Below, in pieces: positions 12,853 through 24,713 of a stretch of DNA of 64,000 nt. The notes below the pieces were generated by a model. That model did not search any database, had not been told where the DNA came from, and saw only the letters and a program-made list of their open reading frames with translations. Made by a program: the position numbers and the translations under genes. Source of the stretch: Scyliorhinus canicula (taxonomy: Eukaryota); assembly GCF_902713615.1 (NCBI RefSeq), contig NC_052176.1, positions 11,422,243 to 11,486,242 on the forward strand, in the 5' to 3' direction. Positions within the stretch are counted from its first letter, which is position 1. Every line of letters begins with the position of its first letter.

Positions 12853-13352
12853 AAGTGTTCCCGTGGTCACTGCATGCTACAGCTCCAGGGACACACGGCC
12901 ACGAACAGGGCCGTGGAAGAGGGGCAGACAGTCAGGCCGGATGACCCCCTCGGTCGCCCACTAACTGGACCTATTAATGGCAAGTTTGGCCAGGCCCAGG
13001 AGCAGGTTCACAAGGAGGCCCTCCACCTTCCACCCTCCCCCCTGCTCCGGATGTCCGTAGGTCAGGAACGTGGGCCTAAAGTGCAAAGACAAAAACAACA
13101 ATGTCGTCAAAAAACTAAAAAGGGAATGCAGCCGAGGACAGACAACATACACATGCTCCACGGTCTCCACCAGGCCGCAAAAGTGGCAGGTCTCTGGGGA
13201 GGCCGTGTGGTGACTTAACCTACGGTTGCACGACACTGCCTTGTGCAGCTCCATCCACTCCAGGTCCCCAAATCTGACAGGGAGGACGCCTCCGTAGAGC
13301 GATCTCCAGTGGGAACGTCTGCCACCGGACAGCAACAAGGCACCTCTGGTGT

Positions 13353-13680
13353 GGGAGGACAGAGGGTCGGTCTTCACCCCGGGAGGGGGAACAGCACCAG
13401 GCCCCAGGCGGTCCCAGTCCCACCTCACTCAGAGGGGCGGGAGGGCAGAGAGCAGGGCCTTCACCCCAGGAGGGGGAACAGCACCAGGCCCCAGGCGGTC
13501 CCAGTCCCACCTCACTCAGAGGGGTGGGAGGGCAGAGGGCAGGGTCTTCACCCCGGGAGGGGGAACAGCACCAGGCCCCAGGCAGTCCCGGTCCCACCTC
13601 GGGCACCGGGATGGGAGGACAGAGGGTCGGTCTTCACCCCGGGAGGGGGGCAGCAACAGACCCCAGGTGGTCCCACTCTC
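13353..13680. repeat. 87-bp GC-rich tandem repeat (~3.7 copies)
   Basis: TTCACCCC recurs at 13373, 13460, 13547 and 13633. Confidence 0.9.
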
Positions 13681-13983
13681 ACCTCCAGCAGCAAAGCAGC
13701 AGCTCCACTCCCGCAACTCTGAGACACTGTGTGTGTGGGTGCAAGTGGCCCTGCGCCCCAGGGCTCAACCAATCACCTTTGTAGCTGTGTGTTTGTCCCA
13801 ATGAGATATTCAATTTACAGCCATTGCCTGCAGCTTGTTTGTTATTACACTGTCACTCAGCCCCTCAAACTCACACTTTCTGCAAACTAACAATTCACTG
13901 ATTCGCTTCATTTTAACTCCTTTCATATTTGAAATTGAATTTGGTTTGTGCACTATTCTGGTTCACACAGTCCGCTGGTTGAT

Positions 13984-14657
<674 letters not shown>

Positions 14658-15188
14658 CTATTTAAGGCATTATAGTGACCGCCCTCTTCTCCTCATTGGA
14701 TGCAGCCCGATCCCGTGGGCAAGTTTGAAAAGAGCGATGGGCGGCAAGGATATCAGGGCCCTGATTGGTGGACCTGCAACTGACAAACCATCAATTTCAA
14801 AAAGCCCGCCAATTTCACAGGGACAGGGAACGGATATTTGAGAACATCGAAAAAAAATCAATCTCGAGTTGTGAATATCAAAAACATCTCAATGATTCCT
14901 GCTCCCATTTTTGTCTCGGATGGGACTCACCCGAGATTAGATGAATAAAACCGAGCAGGCACAGAATTCCCGCTCTCATTACAATGTCCGTGTTCACTAT
15001 GTGCGGTTACAGGGCTGACTGCGGAGAAAGGTTGTTTCAGACTGTACAGCAAATCTATATCGCCTTCTAATGAGAAAACAAATGAATGATAGGAAATCGA
15101 GGTATCCAAGTTCTGACTCGCTAAACCAGCTCCATGGGTTATTCTGCTTCCATTCTAAGGTCAGTGCTCTCAATGTGAGGGTTTGGGC

Positions 15189-15204
15189 GGCTCTTAAAAG
15201 AGCC
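15189..15204 (-). terminator. histone 3' stem-loop (H4)
   Basis: Minus strand CCAAA-GGCTCTTTTAAGAGCC. Confidence 0.95.
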
Positions 15205-15238
15205 TTTGGGTTTTATTAAAATTGTCAAATGGAGTTTC

Positions 15239-15559
<321 letters not shown>

Positions 15560-16252
15560 TCAGTCAAATCGCTGCTGAATGAGAGACGAGCTGCTGCACT
15601 TTCCTTTATTATACAGCCCGCCCCGACCTGACTGAGAAAGGGAGAGAGGCGGGGAGCAGACTGAGTGACAGGCAGAGCAGTGAAATGTCTTTGACCATCC
15701 AGCTCCTCCTCCTGCCTGCTCCAACCCACATTTTATATTCCAAACAGAAGTGAAAAGAACGCGCTGAACACGGACAAACTGCAACATCACATAGCAGCTA
15801 GTTAGAAACGCTGATCTATTAGATCCAGGCATGTCAGTAATATTCCGGCCCAGTCCACTCCTTTCTAGAACCAGCCCAACTATCTTCTTCCATTTCAACC
15901 CCAGCTCCGATTAAATCCCCACACAACTCCTCTCCCAGACGGGTCGGGAATTTTACTAACATCCCTTCCAGCTGATATAAAGTGTTTGAGTTGAGGTGGG
16001 ATTTCTCCGCCATGTTAAATATTTTACAGACTCTTCCCATGAATGTGTCACTGTTCCCCGGACACAACCCCGGTTAGGCAGAGGCAGCAACTTCCCTGTG
16101 TTTTAGTGCAGAGTGGGGGGAGAAGCCCGATGCAGAGCATGTCAGCGAGTGAGCGGCAATACTGGATTGACATTTCTATCTGAAATCTGCTCCCAGCACC
16201 GGGACAGAGATTCATTGGTCGGGGGATCAGCTCTTTCCGGAGAGATGTGGGC

Positions 16253-16268
16253 GGCTCTGAGAAGAGCC
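16253..16268 (-). terminator. histone 3' stem-loop (H1 remnant)
   Basis: Minus strand CCAAA-GGCTCTTCTCAGAGCC, then GGAAAGAGCTG HDE. Confidence 0.92.
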
Positions 16269-16304
16269 TTTGGGTTCAGAGGTTTACAATTTGCTCGCGT
16301 TCTT

Positions 16305-16563
16305 TCACTTCTTTGCTGGTTTCTTAGCCTTTACTGATTTCACTTTGGGCTTGGCCCTCGATTGGGTCTGCTTTATTCCGCCCTTGATCTTTTTCACAGA
16401 ACTTTTCTTCGGGGCTGCTTTCTTCGCGCTCTTTTTGGGAGCTGCCGCCTTCTTGGCTGCTGCTTTCTTGGGAGATTTCTTGGCTGCGGGTTTCTTGGGT
16501 GCTGCTTTCTTGGGAGATTTCTTGGCTGCTGCTTTCTTCACTAAAGGTTTCTTGCCTGAATTT
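16305..16563 (-). pseudogene. H1: histone H1 remnant: C-terminal tail only
   Basis: NSGKKPLVKKAAAKKSPKKAAPKKPAAKKSPKK...KPAKK-stop has SPKK motifs and a stem-loop. No globular domain or ATG upstream. Confidence 0.85.
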
Positions 16564-16699
16564 AAAAAATAAAGATGGACTCAAAGAGGGAACGTGTAAA
16601 CCAGGAGAACGTGTAAACTAGTGGGGAGTGTAAACCAGGGACAATAATAAATGAGGGGAGTGTGTTAACCAGAGAAATGTGTAAAATCAGTGGAAGATG

Positions 16700-16880
16700 C
16701 ATAATCAAAGACATTCTCCCCGTGTGTGGGTTCCCCCCGGGTGCTCAGACTTCCTCCCACAGGCGAAGCATAGAACATAGGCCCTCGATGTTGTGCCGAA
16801 CAATGATCACCCTACTCAACCCCACGTTTCCACCCGTAACCCAACTCCTTCTGCCCTGCAGTAATTCTCGAGTTCTATGG
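16700..16880. mobile_element. scrambled V-SINE: plus-strand core and tail with an inverted SINE tail inside
   Basis: Occupies the same position relative to the module as the intact SINE at 60245-60575. Confidence 0.65.
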
Positions 16881-17895
16881 AAAATGAAGTCAGTCGGTGA
16901 ATTGTTAGTTTGCAGAAAGTGTGAGTTTGAGGGGCTGAATGGCAGTGTAATAACAAACAAGCTGCAGGCAATGGCTGCAAATTGAATATCTCATTGGGAC
17001 AAACACACAGCTACAAAGGTGATTGGTTGAGCCCTGGGGCGCAGAGCCACTTGCACCCACACACACAGTCCCCCCAACACGGGCTCTGTCGGAGGTTTTG
17101 CTCCAAATGTGATGACAGTGAAATGGGGAATATTCCCATTGATTCTCAATGCGGAATTGCTGCGCGGATCTGCGCATGCCCGGGGTAGCCCCGCCCCCTG
17201 CCTGTCGTCACTGAGATTACGCGCGCATGCGCAGCCCCGCCCTCACACACACTCCATTTGCTCAGTGTGGAGACGCTTTGTTCAAACTGAGTGAAATGTC
17301 AGGGCCCAGGTCAGCGAGGAAACAGCGTTCTCATTGCAGCAGCACATCCATTTGGGAGTGTGAGCAAAGAGGCTCAGAGATCATTACTGACTCGGGGGGA
17401 GTTCAGGGAGAATCGGGGGCTGTTTGCAAGAGGCGCAGCGGGAGCCCCATCTTGTTCCGGGACTTGGAGTGAGGGGAGGGGGGGGGGGGGGGAGAGCTCT
17501 TTCTGGGCCTGGCTTATTGTCTGATTCTGGGGCAGGATTTGCACAGTATTTTCTATTTTACTAATTATCAGTTGAAATAATTGTTTAATTTATCATTTGC
17601 CTCATCTGACCCTGATTTACAAGAAATATTTTTTCTTCCCCTCGTTCATCAGATGAAGAGATGAGTTCCAAGATGATGATTCCTCAGCAACATGAATGTG
17701 CCGCCGTCTCCTTCTAACTGACAGTAAGTACAATATTAATCCAACATTGCAGAGACACAGACACAACATCAGCTCCACCGTCACAGGGAACAGAAGCAGC
17801 CACACTTACATTGAGCTCAAGTCCCAGATCAACATGCCCAATCCAACAGTGATACACGAGAGGGCGGGTGGGATAATTTTCCACAATTCACCCCT
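16880..17895 (+). promoter_or_regulatory. repeated promoter/non-coding-exon module, copy B
   Basis: GCGCGCATGCGCA at 17221-17233, GC boxes, donor-like GA|GTGAG at about 17469, CAG| exon |GTAAGT at about 17653-17724. Confidence 0.6.
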
Positions 17896-17904
17896 AGTCC
17901 ATGA

Positions 17905-18226
17905 ACTTCGAGCATGCAGTGCAGAAAGAGGTCATTTGGCCCATCAAGTCTGCACCATCCCACTTAACCCTCACTCCCACCCTATCCCCGTAACCCAATA
18001 ACCCCTCCTAATCTTTTTTGGTCACGAAGGGCAATTTATCATGGCCAATCCACCTGACCTTCATGTCTTTGGACTGTGGGAGCTAAGCGGAGCACCCAGA
18101 AGAAACCAACGCAAAAACGGGGAGAACATGCAGACTCCACACAGACAGTGTCCCAGCGGGTAATCCAACCTGGGACCCTGGTGCTGTGAAGCCACAGTGC
18201 TATCCACTTGTGCTACCTTGCTGCCC
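17905..18226 (-). mobile_element. V-SINE (HE1-like)
   Basis: Reverse complement of the family consensus seen elsewhere in the window. Confidence 0.85.
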
Positions 18227-18699
18227 TATCATGGAACGTCGAATCAACTTGTTTTGATAACAGCGTTTCATCTGTAAATTAATCAGGAAAGTATTAATTA
18301 GGCTATAGATTGAGCAATCAATGTGAAAGTATCCATTTGTACTTTTTTGAAACTTTGTTGGATTAAAATGTATTAGAAGCACTTTAATCTCACAAGTTGT
18401 GAACCTTAGGCACATCTAAAAAGTCAGATTGTACAGCCCATTGAAAAATACATACTTAATTCTAAATTTGTACTGCGACAAGTCCAAAATAAAATATTGG
18501 GGGAATGTCCAATTCACATATCAAACATGTCTTTCGGGACTTCTGGGCGGAAACGGGAACATGTGGAGAAACCCATGGAGACACGGGGAAAATGTGCAGA
18601 CTCTGCAGAGGCAGCGACCAAGTGGGAAACGAATCTTGGACCGTGGCGCTGTGAACCTCTCCCCCGATACACACAATGCCCTGTTACAAACTGTTTTTT

Positions 18700-19750
18700 C
18701 ACACTCCCCTGGTTTGCATGCTGACTTGGTTACACACTCGCCTGCTTTGAACTCTTAACTGATGTACACACTCCCCAATTTACACACACTCTTGTTGTGC
18801 ATCTTTCCCTGGTTCCATACACTCCCCTGGTTGAGATAAATCCCCTAATTTACACATTCCCCTAGTTTACACATTCCCCTGCTTCATACACTCCGCTGCA
18901 TTACACACACTCCCCTGCTTCACACACTCCTCTGCATTACACACACTCCCCTGCATTACACACACTCCCCTGCTTCATACACTCCCCTGCTTCATACACT
19001 CCCCTGCTTCATACACTCCCCTGCATTACACACACTCCCCTGCTTCATACACTCCCCTGCATTACACACACTCCCCTGCTTCATACACTCCCCTGCTTCA
19101 TACACTCCCCTGCATTACACACACTCCCCTGCTTCATACACTCCCCTGCTTCATACACTCCCCTGCATTACATACACTCCCCTGCTTCATACACTCCCCT
19201 GCATTACACACACTCCCCTGCTTCACACACTCCCCTGCTTCACACACTCCCCTGCTTCACACAATACCCCTGCTTCACACAATACCCCTGCTTCACACAA
19301 TACCCCTGCTTCACACAATACCCCTGCTTCTCACACTCCCCTGCTTCACACAATACCCTTGTTTACACAGTCCCCTTGTTTACACAGTCCCCTTGTTTAC
19401 ACAGTCCCCTTGTTTACACATCCCCCTGCTGTATAAACTCCCATACTTTATACGTCCCCCTGCTTGATACGTCCCCCTGCTTGATACATCCCCCTGCTTG
19501 ATACGTCCCCCTGCTTGATACGTCCCCCTGCTTGATACGTCCCCCTGCTTGATACGTCCCCCTGGTTCACACATCCCCCTGGTTCACACATCCCCCTGCT
19601 GTATACACTCCCATGCCTCATACATCCTGCTGTTTAATACACCCCCTGCTTGATACACTCCCCTGGTTTACACATCACCCTGCTCTATGCACTGCTATGC
19701 TTTATACATTCCCCTGCTTCATAGGTCCCCCTGCTTTATGTACTCCCCTG
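18700..19750. repeat. 17-19-bp minisatellite (ACACTCCCCTGCTTCAT family)
   Basis: Homogeneous core at 18880-19610 with degenerate flanks. Confidence 0.92.
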
Positions 19751-19905
19751 GACCTTGTTTTCGGCCTGCATGGAGCTTATACTCTCCATGATCTCTCTCA
19801 GTTCTAGCAGTGCTCCCAGGCTCCGTTTCCTGTCCTCCCACAGAACTGGCAAGTCCAGTCCATCGAGGAATAGCTTCATCCACGAGTCCCCCGAGTTTGC
19901 ACTGA

Positions 19906-20117
19906 GTGCTGAATTTGGTGCATTTGAGTGCTATAGTGAGAGTTTGGTGACTGAGGGAGTGCTGAACCTGGTGCATTTGAGTGCTATAGTGAGAGTTTGG
20001 TGGCTGAGGGAGTGCTGAATTTGGTGCATTTGAGTGCTATAGTGAGAGTTTGGTGACTGAGGGAGTGCTGCATTTGGTGCATTTGAGTGCTATAGTGAGA
20101 GTTTGGTGACTGGGGGA
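19906..20117 (+). repeat. 4 x 53-bp tandem monomers in the CR1 5' UTR
   Basis: Unit GTGCTGAATTTGGTGCATTTGAGTGCTATAGTGAGAGTTTGGTGACTGAGGGA. Confidence 0.92.
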
Positions 20118-21630
20118 GTAAGGTGCTCCTTTCATTTCATTTCCTCAAAGAGCGAGAAGGGAGCCAGGAGTTCACAGAGTGCAGCTGACTGGGAGCAGAG
20201 TCAGAGGGTGGAGGTCCAGTTGGGTCACAGGGCAGCTACATTCTGTAAGGTAAGAGGGGATGGAGGCTAGGGCAGTTGCATACTCCTCCTGTAGGATGTG
20301 GGTGGTGAGGGATACCACCGGTGTCCCCTCTGACTATACCTGCGGGAAGTGCACCCAACTCCAGCTCCTCTGAGACCGTGATAGGGAACTAGAGCTGGAG
20401 CTGGATGAACTTCGGATCATCCAGGAGGCAGAGGGGGTAATAGGGAGTTACAGGGAGGTAACCACACCCAAGGTGCAGGACAGGAGTAGCTGGGTTACAG
20501 TCAGGGGAAGGAAAACAAACGGGCAGACAGTGCTGGGTTCCCTCGTGGCCGTTCCCCTGCAAAACAAGTATACTATTTTGGATGCTGTTGGGGGGATGAC
20601 CTACTGGGGGAAGGCCCTAGCGGCCAGGTCTCTGGCACTGAGTCTGGCTCTGGGGCTCAGAAGGGAAGTGGGGGGGATAGAAAAGCAATAGTAATAGGGG
20701 ATTCAATGGTTAGGGGAATAGATAGGAGATTCTGTGGTCGCGAGCGAGACTCCCGGATGGTATGTTGCCTCCTGGGTGCCAGGGCCAGGGATGTGTCGGA
20801 TCGTGTCTTCAGGATCCTGAAGGGGGAGGGGGAGCAGCCAGAAGTCATGCTGCACATTGGTACAAACGATGTAGGTAGGAAAAGGGGTGTTGACGTAATA
20901 AACAAGTTTAGGGAGTTAGGCTGGAAGTTAAAAGCCAGGACAGACAGAATTGTCATCACTGGTTTGTTGCCGATGCCACGTGATAGTGAGGCTGGGAATA
21001 GGGAGAGAGTGCAGTTGCACACCTGGCTGCAGGAATGGTGCAGGAGGGAGGGCTTCAGGTATTTGGATAATTGGAGAGCATTCTGGGGAAGGTGGGACCT
21101 GTACAAGCAGGACGGGTTGCATCTGAACCAGAGGGGCACCAATATCCTGGGAGGGAGGTTTTCTAGTACTCTTCGGGAGGGTTTAAACTAATTTGGTAGG
21201 GGAATGGGAAACAGATTTGTAGTCCAGCAACTAAGGAAGCCGATATTCAACTCACCAAAGCATGTAGTGACGCAGTGGGGAAGGTAACACTGACAAAGGA
21301 GAGTACTTGCAGGCACGGAGATGGGTTGAAGTGTGTATACTTCAACGCAAGAAGCATCAGGAATAAGGTGGGCGAAGTTAAGTCATGGATCGGTACTTGG
21401 GACTAGGATGTGGTGGCCATCACGGAAACTTGGATAGAAAAGGGGCAGAAATGGTTGTTGGAGGTCCCTGGTTAGAGATGTTTAAACAAGATTAGGGTGG
21501 ATGTTAAAAGAGGTGGTTGGGGGGGGGGGGTGGCATTGTTAATTAGAGATAGTATAACAGCTGCAGAAAGGCAGTTCGAGTAGGATCTGCCTACTGAGGT
21601 AGTATGAGTTGAAGTCAGAAATAGGAAAGG

Positions 21631-21854
21631 TGGGCAGCACGGTGGCACAGTGGTTAGCATCGCTGCCTACGGCGCTGAGGACCTGGGTTTGAATCCTGGC
21701 ACTGGGTCTGTGAGGAGTTTGTACATTCTCCCCGTGTCTGCGTGGGTTTCGCCCCACAACAACCCAAAGATGTGCAGGTTAGGTGGATTGGCCACGTTAA
21801 ATTGCCCCTTAATTGGAAAAAATAATTGTGTACTCTAAATTTATTTTTAAAAAA
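21631..21854 (+). mobile_element. short A-tailed V-SINE with 14-bp TSD, nested in CR1 ORF2
   Basis: TSD AGAAATAGGAAAGG at 21617-21630 and 21855-21868. Confidence 0.92.
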
Positions 21855-23475
21855 AGAAATAGGAAAGGAGCAGTCTGGGAGTTTTCTATAGGCCCCCCCC
21901 AATAGCAGCAGAGATGTGGAGGAACAGATTTTGGAAAGGTGCAGAAGTTACAGGGTAGTAGTCATGGGTGACTTCAACTTCCCAAACATTGAGTGGAAAC
22001 TCTTTAGATCAAATAGTTTGGATGGGGTGGTATTTGTGCAGTGTGTCCAGGAAGCTTTTCTAACACAGTATGTAGATTGTCCGACCAGAGGGGAGGCCAT
22101 ATTGGATTTGGTACTTGGTAATGAACCAGGGCAAGTGATGGATTTGTTAGTGGAGAAACATTTTGTAGGTTGTGACCACAATTCTGTGAATTTCACTTCA
22201 GTAATGGATAGGTGCGTGCAACAGGACAAGGTTTACAATTGGGGGAAGGTAAATACAATGCTGTAAGACAAGAATTGAAGTGCATACGTTGGGAAAATAG
22301 GCTGTCGGGGAAGGACACAAGTGAAATGTGGAACTTGTTCAAGGATCAGGTACTACATGTCTTTGATATGTATATCCTTGTCAGGCAGGGAAGAGATGGT
22401 CAAGTGAGGGAACCATGTTTGACGAGAGGTTGAATGTCTTGTTAAGAGGAAGAAAGAGACTTGTGCAAGGCTGAGGAAACAAGGTTCAGACAGGGCGCTG
22501 GAGGGATACAAGATAGCCAGGAGGGAACTGAAGAAAGTATTAGGAGAGCTCAGAGAGGGCATGAAAAATCTTTGGCGGGTAGGATCAAGGGAAACCCCAA
22601 GGCCTTTTACACATATGTGAGAAATATGAGAATGACTAGAGCGAGGGTAGGTCCGATCAAGGACAGTAGCAGTAGATTGTGATCATCCTCACTGTCAACA
22701 GCGGTGGTACCAGGGGATTGGAGAGTGGCGAATGTTGTGCCTCTGTTCAAAAAGGGAATAGGGATAACACTGGGAATTACAGGCCAGTTAGTCTTACTTC
22801 GGTGGTAGGCAAAGTAATGGAAAGGGTACTGAGGGATAGGATTTATGAGCATCTGGAAAAACCCTCTTGATTAGGGATAGTCAGCACGGATTTCTGAGTG
22901 GTAGGTCTTGCCTTCCAAGTCTTATTGAATTCTTTGAGGAGGTGACCAAGCACGTGGATGAATGTAAAGCAATGGATGTAGAGTACATTGATTTTAGTAA
23001 GGCATTTGATAAGGTTCCCCATGGTAGGCTTATGCAGAAAGTAAGGAGTCATGGGATAGTGGGAAATATTGCCAGTTGGTTAATGAACTGGAAAACCAAT
23101 AGGTCAGAGATTTGTAGTGGATGGGAATTATTCAGCCTGGAGCCCAGTTACCAGTGGCGTACCGCAGGGATCAGTTCTGGGTCCTCTGCTGTTTGTGATT
23201 TTCATTAATGACTTGGATGAGGGAGTTGAAGGGTGGGTCAGTAAATTTGAAGATGATATGAAGATTGGTGGAGTTGTGGATAGTGAGGAGGGCTGTTGTC
23301 GGCTGCAAAGAGACATAGATAGGATGCAGAGCTGGGCTGAGAAGTGGTAGATGGAGTGTAACCCTGACAAGTGTGAGGTTGTCCATTTTGGAAGGAGAAA
23401 TGTGAATGCGGAATACAGGTTTTACGGTAGGGTTCTTGGCAATGCTGAGGAGCAGAGAGATCTTGGGGTCTCTGT

Positions 23476-23664
23476 TGAAATGAAATGAAAAATGAAAATC
23501 GCTTATTGTCACAAGTAGGCTTCAATGAAGTTACTGTGAAAAGCCCCTAGTCGCCACATACCGGCGCTTGTCCGGGGCGGCTGGTACGGGAATCAAACTG
23601 TGCTGCTGGCCTCCTTGGTGTGCTTTTAAAGCCAGCGATTTAGCCCAGTGAGCTAAACCAACCC
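23476..23664 (-). mobile_element. (TTTCA)n-tailed tRNA SINE nested in CR1
   Basis: Same family as 2426-2587. Flanks CTCTGTT and CTATGTT. Confidence 0.85.
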
Positions 23665-24273
23665 CTATGTTCAGAGACCTTTGAAAGTTGCCACTCAAGT
23701 GGATAGAGCTGTGAAGAAGGCCTATGGTGTGCTAGCGTTCATTGGCAGAGGAATTGAATTTAAGAGCCGTGAGGTGATGATGCAGCTGTACAAAACCTTG
23801 GTACGGCCACATGTGGTGTACTGTGTGCAGTTCTGGTCACCTCATTTTAGGAAGGATGTGGAAGCTTTGGAAAAGGTGCAAAGGAGATTTACCAGGATGT
23901 TGCCTGGAATGGAGAGTAGGTCCTACGAGGAAAGGTTGAGGGTGCTAGGCCTTTTCTCATTAGAACGGAGAAGGATGAGGGGCAACTTGATAGAGGTTTA
24001 TAAGATGATCAGGGGAATAGATAGAGTAGGCAGTCAGAGACTTTTCCCCGGGTGGAACAAACGGGTGGTACAAGGGTACATAAATTTAAGGTGAATGGTG
24101 GAAGATATAGGGGGGATGTCAGAGGTAGGTTCTTTACCCAGAGAGTAGTGGGGGCATGCAATGCACTGCCTGTGGAAGTAGTTGAGTCGGCAACATTAGG
24201 GACCTTCAAGCGGCTATTGATTATGTACATGGATTATGGTAGAATAATGGAGTGTAGATTAATTTGTTCTTAA

Positions 24274-24632
24274 GGGCAGCACGGTAGCATTGTGGAGAGC
24301 ACAATTGCTTCACAGCTCCAGGGTCCCAGGTTCGATTCCGCCTTGGGTCACTGTCTGTGCGGAGTCTGCACATCAACCCCATGTGTGCGTGGGTTTCCTC
24401 CGGGTGCCGATCCGGTTTTCTCCCACAGTCCAAAGATGTGCAGGTTAGGTGGCTTGGCCATGATAAATTGCCCTTAGTGTCCAAAATTGCCGTCAGTGTT
24501 GGGTGGGGTTTCTGGGTTATGGGGATAGGGTGGAGGTGTTGACCTCGGGTAGGGTGCTCTTTCCAAGATCTGGTGCAGATTCAATGAGCCGAGTGGCCTG
24601 CTTCTGCACTGTAAATTCTATGATAATCTATG
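24274..24632 (+). mobile_element. V-SINE within the CR1 3' UTR
   Basis: GGGCAGCACGGTAGC head and its own TTCTATGA tail, followed by a second LINE-type tail to 24713. Confidence 0.85.
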
Positions 24633-24713
24633 ATTAATCTAGGACAAAGGTTCGGCACAACATCGTGGGCCGAAGGACCTGTTCTGTGCAGTATTTTTCG
24701 ATGTTCGATGTTC

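Larger units (their letters stand above)
12355..13726 (-). mobile_element. Tx1/L1-clade LINE 3' fragment with CCHC zinc knuckle
   Basis: ORF 12961-13428 contains CHFCGLVETVEHVYVVC...LLLGLAKLAI. A-rich tail near 12385-12410. Apparent TSD CTGTGTGTGTGG at 12343-12354 and 13727-13738. Confidence 0.75.
11755..13960 (-). promoter_or_regulatory. repeated promoter/non-coding-exon module, copy A (split by Tx1 insertion)
   Basis: TGCGCATGCGC at 12174-12184, GC box, GGGAATATTCCC palindrome. Homologous to copies at 16.9, 28.5, 40.7 and 59.4 kb. Confidence 0.6.
19906..24713 (+). mobile_element. near full-length degenerate CR1 LINE (ORF1 zinc finger + SGNH esterase; ORF2 APE + RT)
   Basis: ORF1 from about 20260 (SSCRMW..YTCGKC..ELELELDEL; GDSMVRG, HIGTND, DGLHLN). 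ORF2 motifs [32 protein letters not shown]. Many stops and frameshifts, an internal deletion at about 22680, and three nested SINEs. Confidence 0.93.
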
